A DNA stretch of 64,000 nucleotides from an uncultured Nitrososphaerota archaeon. GTDB taxonomy: Archaea > Asgardarchaeota > Njordarchaeia > Njordarchaeales > Njordarchaeaceae. The notes beneath the pieces were generated by a model. It was not told the origin of the DNA. It saw only the letters and a list, made by a program, of their open reading frames with translations, and ran no database searches. The stretch's first letter is position 1; each line of letters starts with the position of its first letter. The position numbers were made by a program, and so were the translations under genes. This document shows positions 56,120 through 64,000 of the stretch, one piece after another. The stretch is from NCBI GenBank assembly GCA_964518475.1, contig CAZFGR010000001.1, positions 128,001 to 192,000 on the forward strand, in the 5' to 3' direction.

Positions 56120-57670
56120 TCACCCAGAAATAAGTTTACCTTCTCTTAGGGCTTCTAGATTATTACTAAGTTTCTCCAATTCAGCATCAATATCCTTAGC
56201 ATTTATACTAATCCAATGTACGTAATCTTCATCAAGCATGAATTCTAGAACAGGATAATTTCCATCCCAACTCTCACCCAGCCTAGGTAAAGTAACTGTG
56301 CCAACTACTCTAAGGTTGCTAACACCCAGTCTCGCTACTTTATCGGCAAATTCGAATAGTTTCTCATTAGGAATCGCTACACCTATTGTCTGTAAATATT
56401 CTTTCCAAGGCTTCAATGTTCGGACAACGTCAAAGATGCTCTTTATTGGATACACTTTGAGAAGTCTGTTTTGCCCATCCGGCACTAGTTTGGGTTCTGG
56501 ATCAAATATTACGGCACAACCATTGTTTTCTGGAAGAAATACTTCGATTTTTCCCATTGCTTCTAATGATAAGTATTTTTGCAATTCTTGCTCCCTATAT
56601 TTTCTGAACAAATCAGATTGTTGAATTATTTTCGTGATCCATTCCGCTTCCTCTGCCATATATTTTGCAAACTTTCTTGCTAATCCTGTGCCATCATCCT
56701 CCACAAAGAAACCAAACGCTGGTGACGCACACATGTACCCCTCGTACCCTATTCCATCAATTACAGATAGTGCTGCCACATCTCTCCTCACATATTCCTT
56801 AGCTACGACACTTAACCCAAATTTTCCACCATGGTAACATCCCTTAATTCTGTATCCTCGTTTCCTTAATTCATCAACTCTCCGTTTCACAGACAAGACA
56901 GTTTCAGTGCTCCCTACTACGCTTATAGCATCAGATTCCCGAAATAGTACAGCCTCAATGTTTTTGTCACCACCTTTCCATGGGAGAACCGCTATTGTTT
57001 CTCCAAGCTCCTCATCAATCTCCCTCAAAGATTCAGCAAACACGGGGCCAAAAACCGGTTGTTTTGACGGAGTCTTTATAATCATTCCAGTCCTAGAGCA
57101 TACGCTCAGCAACACCCCTATGGCTTCTATTAACCCTGGCACATTTGATGGGGTTATGAAAGTCACTAATTTCGGTCTTCTCAGATTTTTGATTGCTTTC
57201 CCAAATTTTAGTTTATTCATAAAGGATGCGTATCCTCTTAACCACACATTAGCGTCTTCTAGTAGAATAAATTTATCAAGGACCTTCTTGTCAATTTTTA
57301 GATTTGATAGAAATTTCACGACATTTTTGTTCATTTTTCTGATTGTACCGAACTGGTAATATATTATCACCTCTTTTGATAACCCCGTTAATTTAGGTAG
57401 TATCTCTAGAGCGATCTTTCTTTTCTCGTAATCTGGGTTCATCCAAAGATCTCGAACCTTTTGAATAACTTCCGCTAAGTACTCTGTATCCTTATTCTCG
57501 TAAATACTTTTAGCCGCATTCTTGATGGCTTCTGCAATTCTCTTCATTTGTTCCGGCGATATTTTTGGATAAAGAATTCTATACCCATCTACCTCAAGTT
57601 CCCTAAATTCGAAGTCCTCTTCGAGATCATCAAGAGAGGGGGGAAGGTAGAAAGCTTTTAATATCATCAT
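56120..57670 (-). CDS. LuxC-like acyl-CoA/acyl-protein reductase
   Basis: PSNVPG, IIKTPS, WKGGD, VGSTETV, HGGKFG, YMCASP (catalytic Cys), LQTIGVA, WDG. Confidence 0.85.
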   Translation of the reverse strand: MMILKAFYLPPSLDDLEEDFEFRELEVDGYRILYPKISPEQMKRIAEAIKNAAKSIYENKDTEYLAEVIQKVRDLWMNPDYEKRKIALEILPKLTGLSKEVIIYYQFGTIRKMNKNVVKFLSNLKIDKKVLDKFILLEDANVWLRGYASFMNKLKFGKAIKNLRRPKLVTFITPSNVPGLIEAIGVLLSVCSRTGMIIKTPSKQPVFGPVFAESLREIDEELGETIAVLPWKGGDKNIEAVLFRESDAISVVGSTETVLSVKRRVDELRKRGYRIKGCYHGGKFGLSVVAKEYVRRDVAALSVIDGIGYEGYMCASPAFGFFVEDDGTGLARKFAKYMAEEAEWITKIIQQSDLFRKYREQELQKYLSLEAMGKIEVFLPENNGCAVIFDPEPKLVPDGQNRLLKVYPIKSIFDVVRTLKPWKEYLQTIGVAIPNEKLFEFADKVARLGVSNLRVVGTVTLPRLGESWDGNYPVLEFMLDEDYVHWISINAKDIDAELEKLSNNLEALREGKLISG

Positions 57671-58966
57671 TCACCCCTCGAACGTTCTCGATAGAACACC
57701 CGCACATCCTCGTTCTTCAACACCAGTAATCCTCTCAACATTTAGAATAACAGGCCCATTTAAGTTATCCTGGTCACAACCATCCCAGTCGACAGTTATT
57801 CTATCTCCCGTCAATATGAATCCTGGGAAAGACAAACTTGATGGCTCTATGAATCCGTACCGCCCAACAGTTTTACCATATGGTTCAATTGGCTCTAGTT
57901 GGTCATCAAATAGTATAGGTTCTATCCATGGTGGAAAATGTTTAACATGCCCGGCAAAGCATTCCATGATAATAGAATTACTCTCTGTCATCCCGTATAG
58001 GTCGACGTATCTATCAGCACTAACACCAAAGGCCTCTTCTATCAATCTGTTAAGCTCCTTTCTGTCTATTGGTTTTCTTCCCTTAAAACCTCCCGTGCTA
58101 GCAATTATGCTATCTTCTTTTAGCCTAGCATCGATACCTTTTTCTATTACCTTTCTAGCAACATTGGCTATCATCCACGGAGGAGCTAAGAAAATCACTC
58201 TCCTTCTCTTAAACTCCTGAAGCTTTTTAATTAATTTTTCTTCAGCTTTGCGTTCAACCCTTGGAAGCATAAAGGATATTAGTCGACGCGTGATTCTCTC
58301 TTTGAGATTTTTGATTTTTCCAGTCCTTATGCGAACAATATCGGCCGATAATTCTTCGAATGCAAAAAATACGTTGCCAGGCGAAATCGCATTAGCTACG
58401 CTTCTACCGTTCCAAGCTATCTGTAGGTAAGATTTTTTAGGAATTCCCAATATGAAGTACTCCTTACCTTTCTCCAGTTCAACGTGTGCGTCTACTGTTG
58501 CTACGTAGGATTTTACAAGCATCTCTTGAGTAAATTTATCTCTTGGGAGAAAAGTCATCCTACCAGATGTACCACTGCTAAATCCCAGTAATAATCCCTT
58601 CATGTCGAATCTCCTAAGCATATCATCGAGAGATTTTGGTTTTCCTTCAATCTCTGGAATATCTATGCTAGCTACTCCTCTAAGCCAATTAGTGAACTCT
58701 CTAACATTTTCCTCTGGGAAATCCATTGGGTAAGACTTATAGACCTCCGCTTGAATTAGTAATTTAGGTAAATCTTTCTTTGTTATTTCGTCACCAATCC
58801 CTTTTGATTTGCAATGCTTTCTATAGAACTGGTTGTTCTCATAATGATATTTATGTGCGGCCTTAATTGCTTTGAACCTTAACTCTCTAATCTCTTTTGC
58901 GTCAGCATAGTAAGATTCTGGACGGATAAGTTTGTCTAATAGTTCCATTATAACTTTCCTGTCCAA
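57671..58966 (-). CDS. LuxE-like acyl-protein synthetase
   Basis: SSGTSG, TGGFKG, DLYGMTE, FPGFILTGD, C-terminal ERGC acylation Cys. Confidence 0.88.
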   Translation of the reverse strand: MDRKVIMELLDKLIRPESYYADAKEIRELRFKAIKAAHKYHYENNQFYRKHCKSKGIGDEITKKDLPKLLIQAEVYKSYPMDFPEENVREFTNWLRGVASIDIPEIEGKPKSLDDMLRRFDMKGLLLGFSSGTSGRMTFLPRDKFTQEMLVKSYVATVDAHVELEKGKEYFILGIPKKSYLQIAWNGRSVANAISPGNVFFAFEELSADIVRIRTGKIKNLKERITRRLISFMLPRVERKAEEKLIKKLQEFKRRRVIFLAPPWMIANVARKVIEKGIDARLKEDSIIASTGGFKGRKPIDRKELNRLIEEAFGVSADRYVDLYGMTESNSIIMECFAGHVKHFPPWIEPILFDDQLEPIEPYGKTVGRYGFIEPSSLSFPGFILTGDRITVDWDGCDQDNLNGPVILNVERITGVEERGCAGVLSRTFEG

Positions 58967-59444
58967 ATAATCACCAGTCTCTGGCTACCGTATGAAAGAT
59001 TACCAAAAGATTCCAACCATTTATTACTAGACAACGTCCTTATGACAGCACCCTTCCTTATGACATATCGCAATTCGATTTAAAGTTATTACAAGAGATA
59101 AACCTTACGGGAGTGCGAAGAAGTTACCTCGGTCCGTAAACGAAGATAGAAACTTAGAGGAAATGTTACACTGCGATTCAAAAACAACTTAGAAAATTCT
59201 AGCTGGAAACTCTCGTTTATCAATACCGGGAAAGCATAAAGATGCGTAGCGTTGCTGGAGATACTCTCTTAAGGAAGTGGTGAGAGAATTATGGTAGGAA
59301 TATTTCCGACAAAAATACAGTACTTATTTTCTCAGAAACCCTCCTAAATCCTTTCTCGCTCATCTCACTTGAAGTTCCCTTTATAGGTCAGCTTTTAATC
59401 TATCGAAACATTTCATTATTCTCCTGTTTATGAGCTTAGATGCT

Positions 59445-60527
59445 TCATAAAAAGGTCTTTAGAAGTTCAAATTTTTTGAGAAACTTTTCTTTAAGTTTGA
59501 AGTATGTTTCGGAATCGATATCCCCCATTTTATGAAGATTCTCTAATTCTCTCAGTAACAGCGTTATAACTTTCGTATTAGCCCTATAAATGTTCGTACT
59601 TTCCATTCCACCAGCGATCCTTTTCTCTAATTGCTCATTCGAAATTCCTTTATCAACATTTCTTTTCTCACTTGGACTAGATTCTATCAATAATTTCTGT
59701 TTTAATTTGAGAAATTCCTGACGTATAACGTTGAAGTTAGGTCTCACGGCGTTCTTCTCTGCTATGAAAAAAGATGCGTCTCTGGAGAGTACGTCTCCTT
59801 CTCTGACCATCTCTAGTGCGGATTCTATTACCTCCTTTAAATACGCATTTGGAATTTTTATTTCCGCACTAATTGTTTTAATCACTGTTCCACGGAAAAA
59901 TAGAGACTTTTTTTGCTCAACTTCTATTACGTCGGGAAGATGAATGCGATGCTTAACCCCTTTCCTATTATCATACAAGTAAAGATCTTTTGCTGAAATT
60001 ACACAAAGTTGTCTCATATCTTGAGAGATAAAGATAAGGAGATCTTCTTGATCTAGCAAGTTTTCTAATAAACCGCTCTGGATTATTTTTTCGTAAATCC
60101 TCATTAGATTTTTAAATCGATTCTTTATTGGTTTGATAAAGAACTTCACTAAATCTACGATTTCTTTTCTCACTTCTTGTATAAAATTGAGGTATAACTC
60201 TCTATATTCTTCAACTTTTTCGCTTTCAATCACATGATTAAGGAATTCTCTAATTTTTTCAAATATTCTGCCCGTTAAGCTATAGCTCTTTAGAATTTCA
60301 TCTTCTAAACCATAGTCTATAAGAATTCGCTTCTTCCTAATGTTTATGAGCTTATTTGACATCATGTCTAGATTTTGAAGTATACGCTGAAGCGCGCTCA
60401 AGATTTTTTCTAACTCCTCTAGACTAAGAGAAAATAGTTGCTGAGTACTTTTCATCTCATTTTTCCTAGATTCTGGTTTTTCCTCTTTTATTGATGATAT
60501 TGATTCATCAAGTAAATAGCGATGCAT
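59445..60527 (-). CDS. Coiled-coil protein with PH-like domain and SHOCT-like tail
   Basis: LYLYD...IHLPDVIEVEQKKSLFF (bPH-like); LENLHKMGDIDSETYFKLKEKFL (SHOCT-like). Confidence 0.5.
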   Translation of the reverse strand: MHRYLLDESISSIKEEKPESRKNEMKSTQQLFSLSLEELEKILSALQRILQNLDMMSNKLINIRKKRILIDYGLEDEILKSYSLTGRIFEKIREFLNHVIESEKVEEYRELYLNFIQEVRKEIVDLVKFFIKPIKNRFKNLMRIYEKIIQSGLLENLLDQEDLLIFISQDMRQLCVISAKDLYLYDNRKGVKHRIHLPDVIEVEQKKSLFFRGTVIKTISAEIKIPNAYLKEVIESALEMVREGDVLSRDASFFIAEKNAVRPNFNVIRQEFLKLKQKLLIESSPSEKRNVDKGISNEQLEKRIAGGMESTNIYRANTKVITLLLRELENLHKMGDIDSETYFKLKEKFLKKFELLKTFL

Positions 60528-60685
60528 TACGTTAGCACCTTAGATGTTATTAGCAATAAAACAAAGGAAAAAAGCCTAAATGCCACCAGATTTATAGCTA
60601 TTATCTAGAACTTAAGCACCAGAAAAAAGCTATATTAAAGACTAATAATATCCCAGTATTTTGCTAAGCAGCCCTTTTCAATATC

Positions 60686-60748
60686 AATGATGAGATCGCC
60701 ACCATCGGACGAATACGGATGACGAACTTTTAAGAAGTGGTAATATGA
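60686..60748 (+). ncRNA. Possible box C/D-like sRNA (no clear D box)
   Basis: ATGATGA-GATCGCCACCAT-CGGA-cgaatacgg-ATGACGA, then no canonical CTGA. Confidence 0.4.
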
Positions 60749-61596
60749 GTTTGCTAGCTGAGATCCAACACCTTTGCCAGCTATTTGACATACGTCTCAA
60801 ACCTGAAAAAGGACAACATTTTATAATTTCTCGGAGAATTCTCCAGTTAGAAGTAGAGATATCTGGTGTATCAAGTAATGATTACGTATTGGAAATAGGC
60901 GCTGGTTTCGGATTTTTAACAGAAGAAATCGCAAAAAAAGCCAATAAGGTTTTCACAATAGAGGTAGATACTAAAATCATAGAAGTTTTTAGATTCAGGT
61001 TACAGAGACTTTTAGCGAGTGGTAAAATAATCCTGATAGAAGATGATGCTCTAAAGGTACCATTCCCCACAGAAATAGACTATCTAATTTCTAACCCTCC
61101 TTATCATATAATATCGCCTCTCATTATACGCATTCTTAGGGAATTATTTCCCCTAGAGAGATTTCGAGGTGCAGTGATGATACTTCAGAGAGAATACGTG
61201 AGAAAACTCTTCGCTAAACCAGGAAGTAAATATTGGGGGCGACTCCCAGCGGCTTTTAGATATTTTGCAAAAGGAAAGATCATTAAAGTAATTCCAGCAA
61301 AAGTATTTTTCCCGCGCCCAGAAGTAGATTCTGTTCTTGTAAAAATATGGCCAGATAGAAAACAACATCTAGTGGACTTTTCGACTTACGAAAAGACAAC
61401 TCAGATAATTTTCCAATCAGCTAATAAAAAAGTAAGAAGAGTGATGAAAGATTTTCTTAGGCAAAAAACACATTCCTGGCGGAGCCTCTTAACGCAGCTT
61501 TCTCAATCGATTAATTTAGAAAAACGCGTAAGAGAATTAACTGTAGAGGATCTTGAAAAGATAGCGTTCTTTTTACGAGAAAAAGAAATAATTTAA
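60745..61596 (+). CDS. rsmA: 16S rRNA dimethyladenosine transferase KsgA/Dim1
   Basis: GQHF, VLEIGAGFGFLT, DAL, ISNPPYHI, FFPRPEVDS. Confidence 0.95.
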   Translation: MSLLAEIQHLCQLFDIRLKPEKGQHFIISRRILQLEVEISGVSSNDYVLEIGAGFGFLTEEIAKKANKVFTIEVDTKIIEVFRFRLQRLLASGKIILIEDDALKVPFPTEIDYLISNPPYHIISPLIIRILRELFPLERFRGAVMILQREYVRKLFAKPGSKYWGRLPAAFRYFAKGKIIKVIPAKVFFPRPEVDSVLVKIWPDRKQHLVDFSTYEKTTQIIFQSANKKVRRVMKDFLRQKTHSWRSLLTQLSQSINLEKRVRELTVEDLEKIAFFLREKEII

Positions 61597-61610
61597 AAAG
61601 GAAGGGAAAG

Positions 61611-62597
61611 TTATTCAAAACCAGCTAGTTTTAGAAGATAATGCCACTCTTTCATAACTCTATCTTGTATCTGCTTGATTAAGTCGTCTCTTCTTACTGG
61701 TCTAAATAGGTGAGCAAAGCGTCCTTGTCTTTTCAAGTACTCCTCTACCGGAATAATCTTGTCCGGATTCTTGGCAAGGTACAAGCTTCTATCTGTTATT
61801 CTGTACTCTCTTGTTTCTGGATCAAATTCCCACAATGGATGAAGGCAGGTATCTGTAGCTAATCTTGCTATTTCCATAGAGATGCCTGGATCAAATCTCC
61901 AGCCCCTATCACAGGGTGAGATAGCATGAATGAATGCAGGTCCGTCGTACTCAGCAGCTTTTCTAACCTTTTTCATGAAATCTATCCAGTAGTAGGGATT
62001 TGCTGTAGCCACGTATGCATTGTGATGCGCTGAAATTATAAATCCTATGGGTTTCTTCCACTCTAGTTTCCCAGGAATAACTTTACCCGCTGGACTCGTT
62101 GTTGTTGCTGCATACTGAGGCGTACTTCCAGATCTCTGAATACCAGTATTCATGTAAGCCTCATTATCGTATAGAATATATACAAACTTATGACCTCTTT
62201 CTATGGCTCCAGAAAGTGACTGAAGTCCTATATCATATGTTCCACCATCTCCGCCAAAAACTACGATTGTAGGCAATTCATCTTTCCAAATTCCCTTACG
62301 TTTCAAGACTTTAAAAGCAGCCTCTACTCCTGAGGCCGTTGCTGCAGCGTTTTCAAAAGCATTGTGTATCCATGGTCGTTTCCAAGCTGTGTATGGGAAA
62401 ATCGTTGTTGCTACTTCTAAACAACCTGTAGCATTAACTATGACTGTATTTTCTGGATCAGGTAACGCTCTAAGTGCTAACTTAACTATTACTGGAGCCA
62501 CACAGCCAGCACACATTCTATGGCCAGGGAGAATATAATCTGGTATTTTAGCTATTTCAAAAAGATTAGGCGTCCATTCTTTAGATGTCTTGGCCAT
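61611..62597 (-). CDS. porB: Pyruvate/2-oxoacid:ferredoxin oxidoreductase beta subunit
   Basis: [37 protein letters not shown]. Confidence 0.95.
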   Translation of the reverse strand: MAKTSKEWTPNLFEIAKIPDYILPGHRMCAGCVAPVIVKLALRALPDPENTVIVNATGCLEVATTIFPYTAWKRPWIHNAFENAAATASGVEAAFKVLKRKGIWKDELPTIVVFGGDGGTYDIGLQSLSGAIERGHKFVYILYDNEAYMNTGIQRSGSTPQYAATTTSPAGKVIPGKLEWKKPIGFIISAHHNAYVATANPYYWIDFMKKVRKAAEYDGPAFIHAISPCDRGWRFDPGISMEIARLATDTCLHPLWEFDPETREYRITDRSLYLAKNPDKIIPVEEYLKRQGRFAHLFRPVRRDDLIKQIQDRVMKEWHYLLKLAGFE

Positions 62598-62609
62598 ATA
62601 ATCATCACC

Positions 62610-63851
62610 TCACTCTCTTACACCGAGATACTTTCTCCTAAATGGCTTAATCTTGCCTTTTGCAATATCTACTAACTCATCAAATGCGCTTCTGATCATC
62701 TCTGGTGTTGTATCTCTGCCTCCTAAACCATACACATAGTTAACAACAATTGGTCTCTCAGGTAAATCGTATAATGAGGCCCTAGTCTCGATGAATAATG
62801 GCCCGCCAACTAGACCAGCATCTTGAACTCTATCGAATACTCCTACTACTTTTGCTCTGCTTAAGTACTTAGCTAATCGGTCGTAAGGGAAGGGTCTGTA
62901 CGTCCTAACTCTTAATACTCCGATCTTAATACCCTCCTCCCTCATCTCATCCACAACATATCTCATAGTACCAGCTGTGCTTCCCATAACAACTGCTATA
63001 ATTTCAGCATCTTCTGTTCTATAAGGCACAACAAAACCATCCCCATATCGTCTACCACTAATCTCTGCGTACTGCTCGTGAACTTCCTCGATTACCTTGT
63101 ATGCGTTTTCCATAGCTTCAAATTGCTGTCGTTTGTGCTCAAAATAATAATCGAACAAGTCTAGAGGACCAAAAGTGACCGGTACTGGATTCTTAGGATT
63201 CAGGGACAACTCGACTTCCTTACCCATGAGATTTATTTTAGCAACCTTCCGGGGCCCACCGAGAAACTCTTGGACTACTTTCTCGTCTTTGAAGATCTTT
63301 ATTCGCTCAGCAGTATGGCTTATCAGAAAACCGTCGAAACTAACCATAACGGGCAATAAAACGCGCGGATTTTCAGCAATTTTGTATGCTTGGATTATAG
63401 TATCGTAAACTTCTTGTGCATTCTCACAGAAAAACATTAACCAACTAGCTAGGAAAGCGGAACCTATCGCATCTGTATGATCACAGTGAATGTTTATCGG
63501 TCCAGAAACAGCCCTATTCGCTACTGCCATTACGATGGGTAAACGAAGACTACTAGCTATGTATAGAATTTCATGCATCAGATTGAGACCATTAGCAGCG
63601 GTTGCTGTAAACGCTCTGGCGCCCGCTGCCGCGGCCCCTACACATGCGCTTAAGGCGGAGTGCTCAGATTCCACTGATATGAATTCACAATCTACCTCTC
63701 CGTTCGCAACGAATTCTGAGAACCTCTCTACAATAATTGTCTGTGGAGTAATTGGATACGCAGCAACCACGTCTACGTTACAATGCCTCGCAGCCCAGGC
63801 AGCCGCCTCATCACCATTTAATAGCATATCAATCTGCTCGGCTGGGGACAT
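62610..63851 (-). CDS. porA: Pyruvate/2-oxoacid:ferredoxin oxidoreductase alpha subunit
   Basis: AYPITPQT, VESEHSA, NRAVSGPINIHCDH, GLGGRD. Confidence 0.95.
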   Translation of the reverse strand: MSPAEQIDMLLNGDEAAAWAARHCNVDVVAAYPITPQTIIVERFSEFVANGEVDCEFISVESEHSALSACVGAAAAGARAFTATAANGLNLMHEILYIASSLRLPIVMAVANRAVSGPINIHCDHTDAIGSAFLASWLMFFCENAQEVYDTIIQAYKIAENPRVLLPVMVSFDGFLISHTAERIKIFKDEKVVQEFLGGPRKVAKINLMGKEVELSLNPKNPVPVTFGPLDLFDYYFEHKRQQFEAMENAYKVIEEVHEQYAEISGRRYGDGFVVPYRTEDAEIIAVVMGSTAGTMRYVVDEMREEGIKIGVLRVRTYRPFPYDRLAKYLSRAKVVGVFDRVQDAGLVGGPLFIETRASLYDLPERPIVVNYVYGLGGRDTTPEMIRSAFDELVDIAKGKIKPFRRKYLGVRE

Positions 63852-64000
63852 TATTCCTCACCTCCCTCAGGTATCATTGTAATCGCTTTAACGGGACAAA
63901 CATTCGCACAAATTCCACATCCTTTACAGTGATCATAATCGTAATATACTCTCTTTGGTTTCTTGCCATCTGGCTCCCATTCAATCCTTATGGACATATC
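63851..64000 (-). CDS. porD: 2-oxoacid:ferredoxin oxidoreductase delta subunit (C-terminal part; runs off the window end)
   Basis: ...DYDHCKGCGICANVCPVKAITMIPEGGEE*. Confidence 0.9.
   Translation of the reverse strand, partial: DMSIRIEWEPDGKKPKRVYYDYDHCKGCGICANVCPVKAITMIPEGGEE

Noticed and set aside
56120-58966. Bioluminescence operon
   Set aside because: No luxA/luxB luciferase, luxD or luxG in the cluster
58967-59444. Structured RNA or hidden gene in the ~480-nt gap upstream of the luxE-like gene (also 12878-13364)
   Set aside because: Only a weak TTACGG/CCGTAA pairing; no convincing ORF, box motif or GC-rich stem found by eye
1-64000. CRISPR arrays, transposases, integrases, prophage, rRNA genes, further BHB introns in other CDSs
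   Set aside because: None recognised by eye; short in-frame introns without a stop could be missed without a computational BHB scan

Overview
About 64 kb of an AT-rich archaeal chromosome made up mostly of core genes. A fused RpoA'/A'', ESCRT-III, roadblock and small GTPases, longin, eukaryote-like STT3 and presenilin, and a UFC1-like E2 point to an Asgard or Njordarchaeia-like lineage (inference). Housekeeping content: alaS (partial), tRNA-Ala, rpoA, SRP RNA, EF-1beta, DHS, gatE, top6B, TFS, NcsA, AglB, PINA, Csl4, aspS, rpoE1, argF, r-proteins uL3/uL4/uL23/uS9/uS7/uS12/eL30, NusA, Taw3, Lhr, KsgA and porDAB. Main observations: (1) the essential rps12 gene is interrupted by a 33-nt stop-containing insert that folds as a bulge-helix-bulge (BHB) intron, and its excision exactly restores the GDIPGV motif; (2) a UFC1 (Ufm1-conjugating E2) homologue with the catalytic Cys is coupled to a Zn-finger gene; (3) tRNA-Ala(CGC) has A3:U70 instead of the G3:U70 identity pair and sits head-to-head with alaS; (4) adaptor/coatomer-like parts are present (mu-homology-like protein, helical solenoid plus longin-GTPase fusion); (5) a LuxE-LuxC-SDR operon lacks luciferase; (6) there are four to five C/D and one H/ACA guide RNAs and two small ORFs missing from the ORF track. 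All family calls come from motif recognition by eye; no searches were run. No CRISPR array, IS element or prophage was seen.
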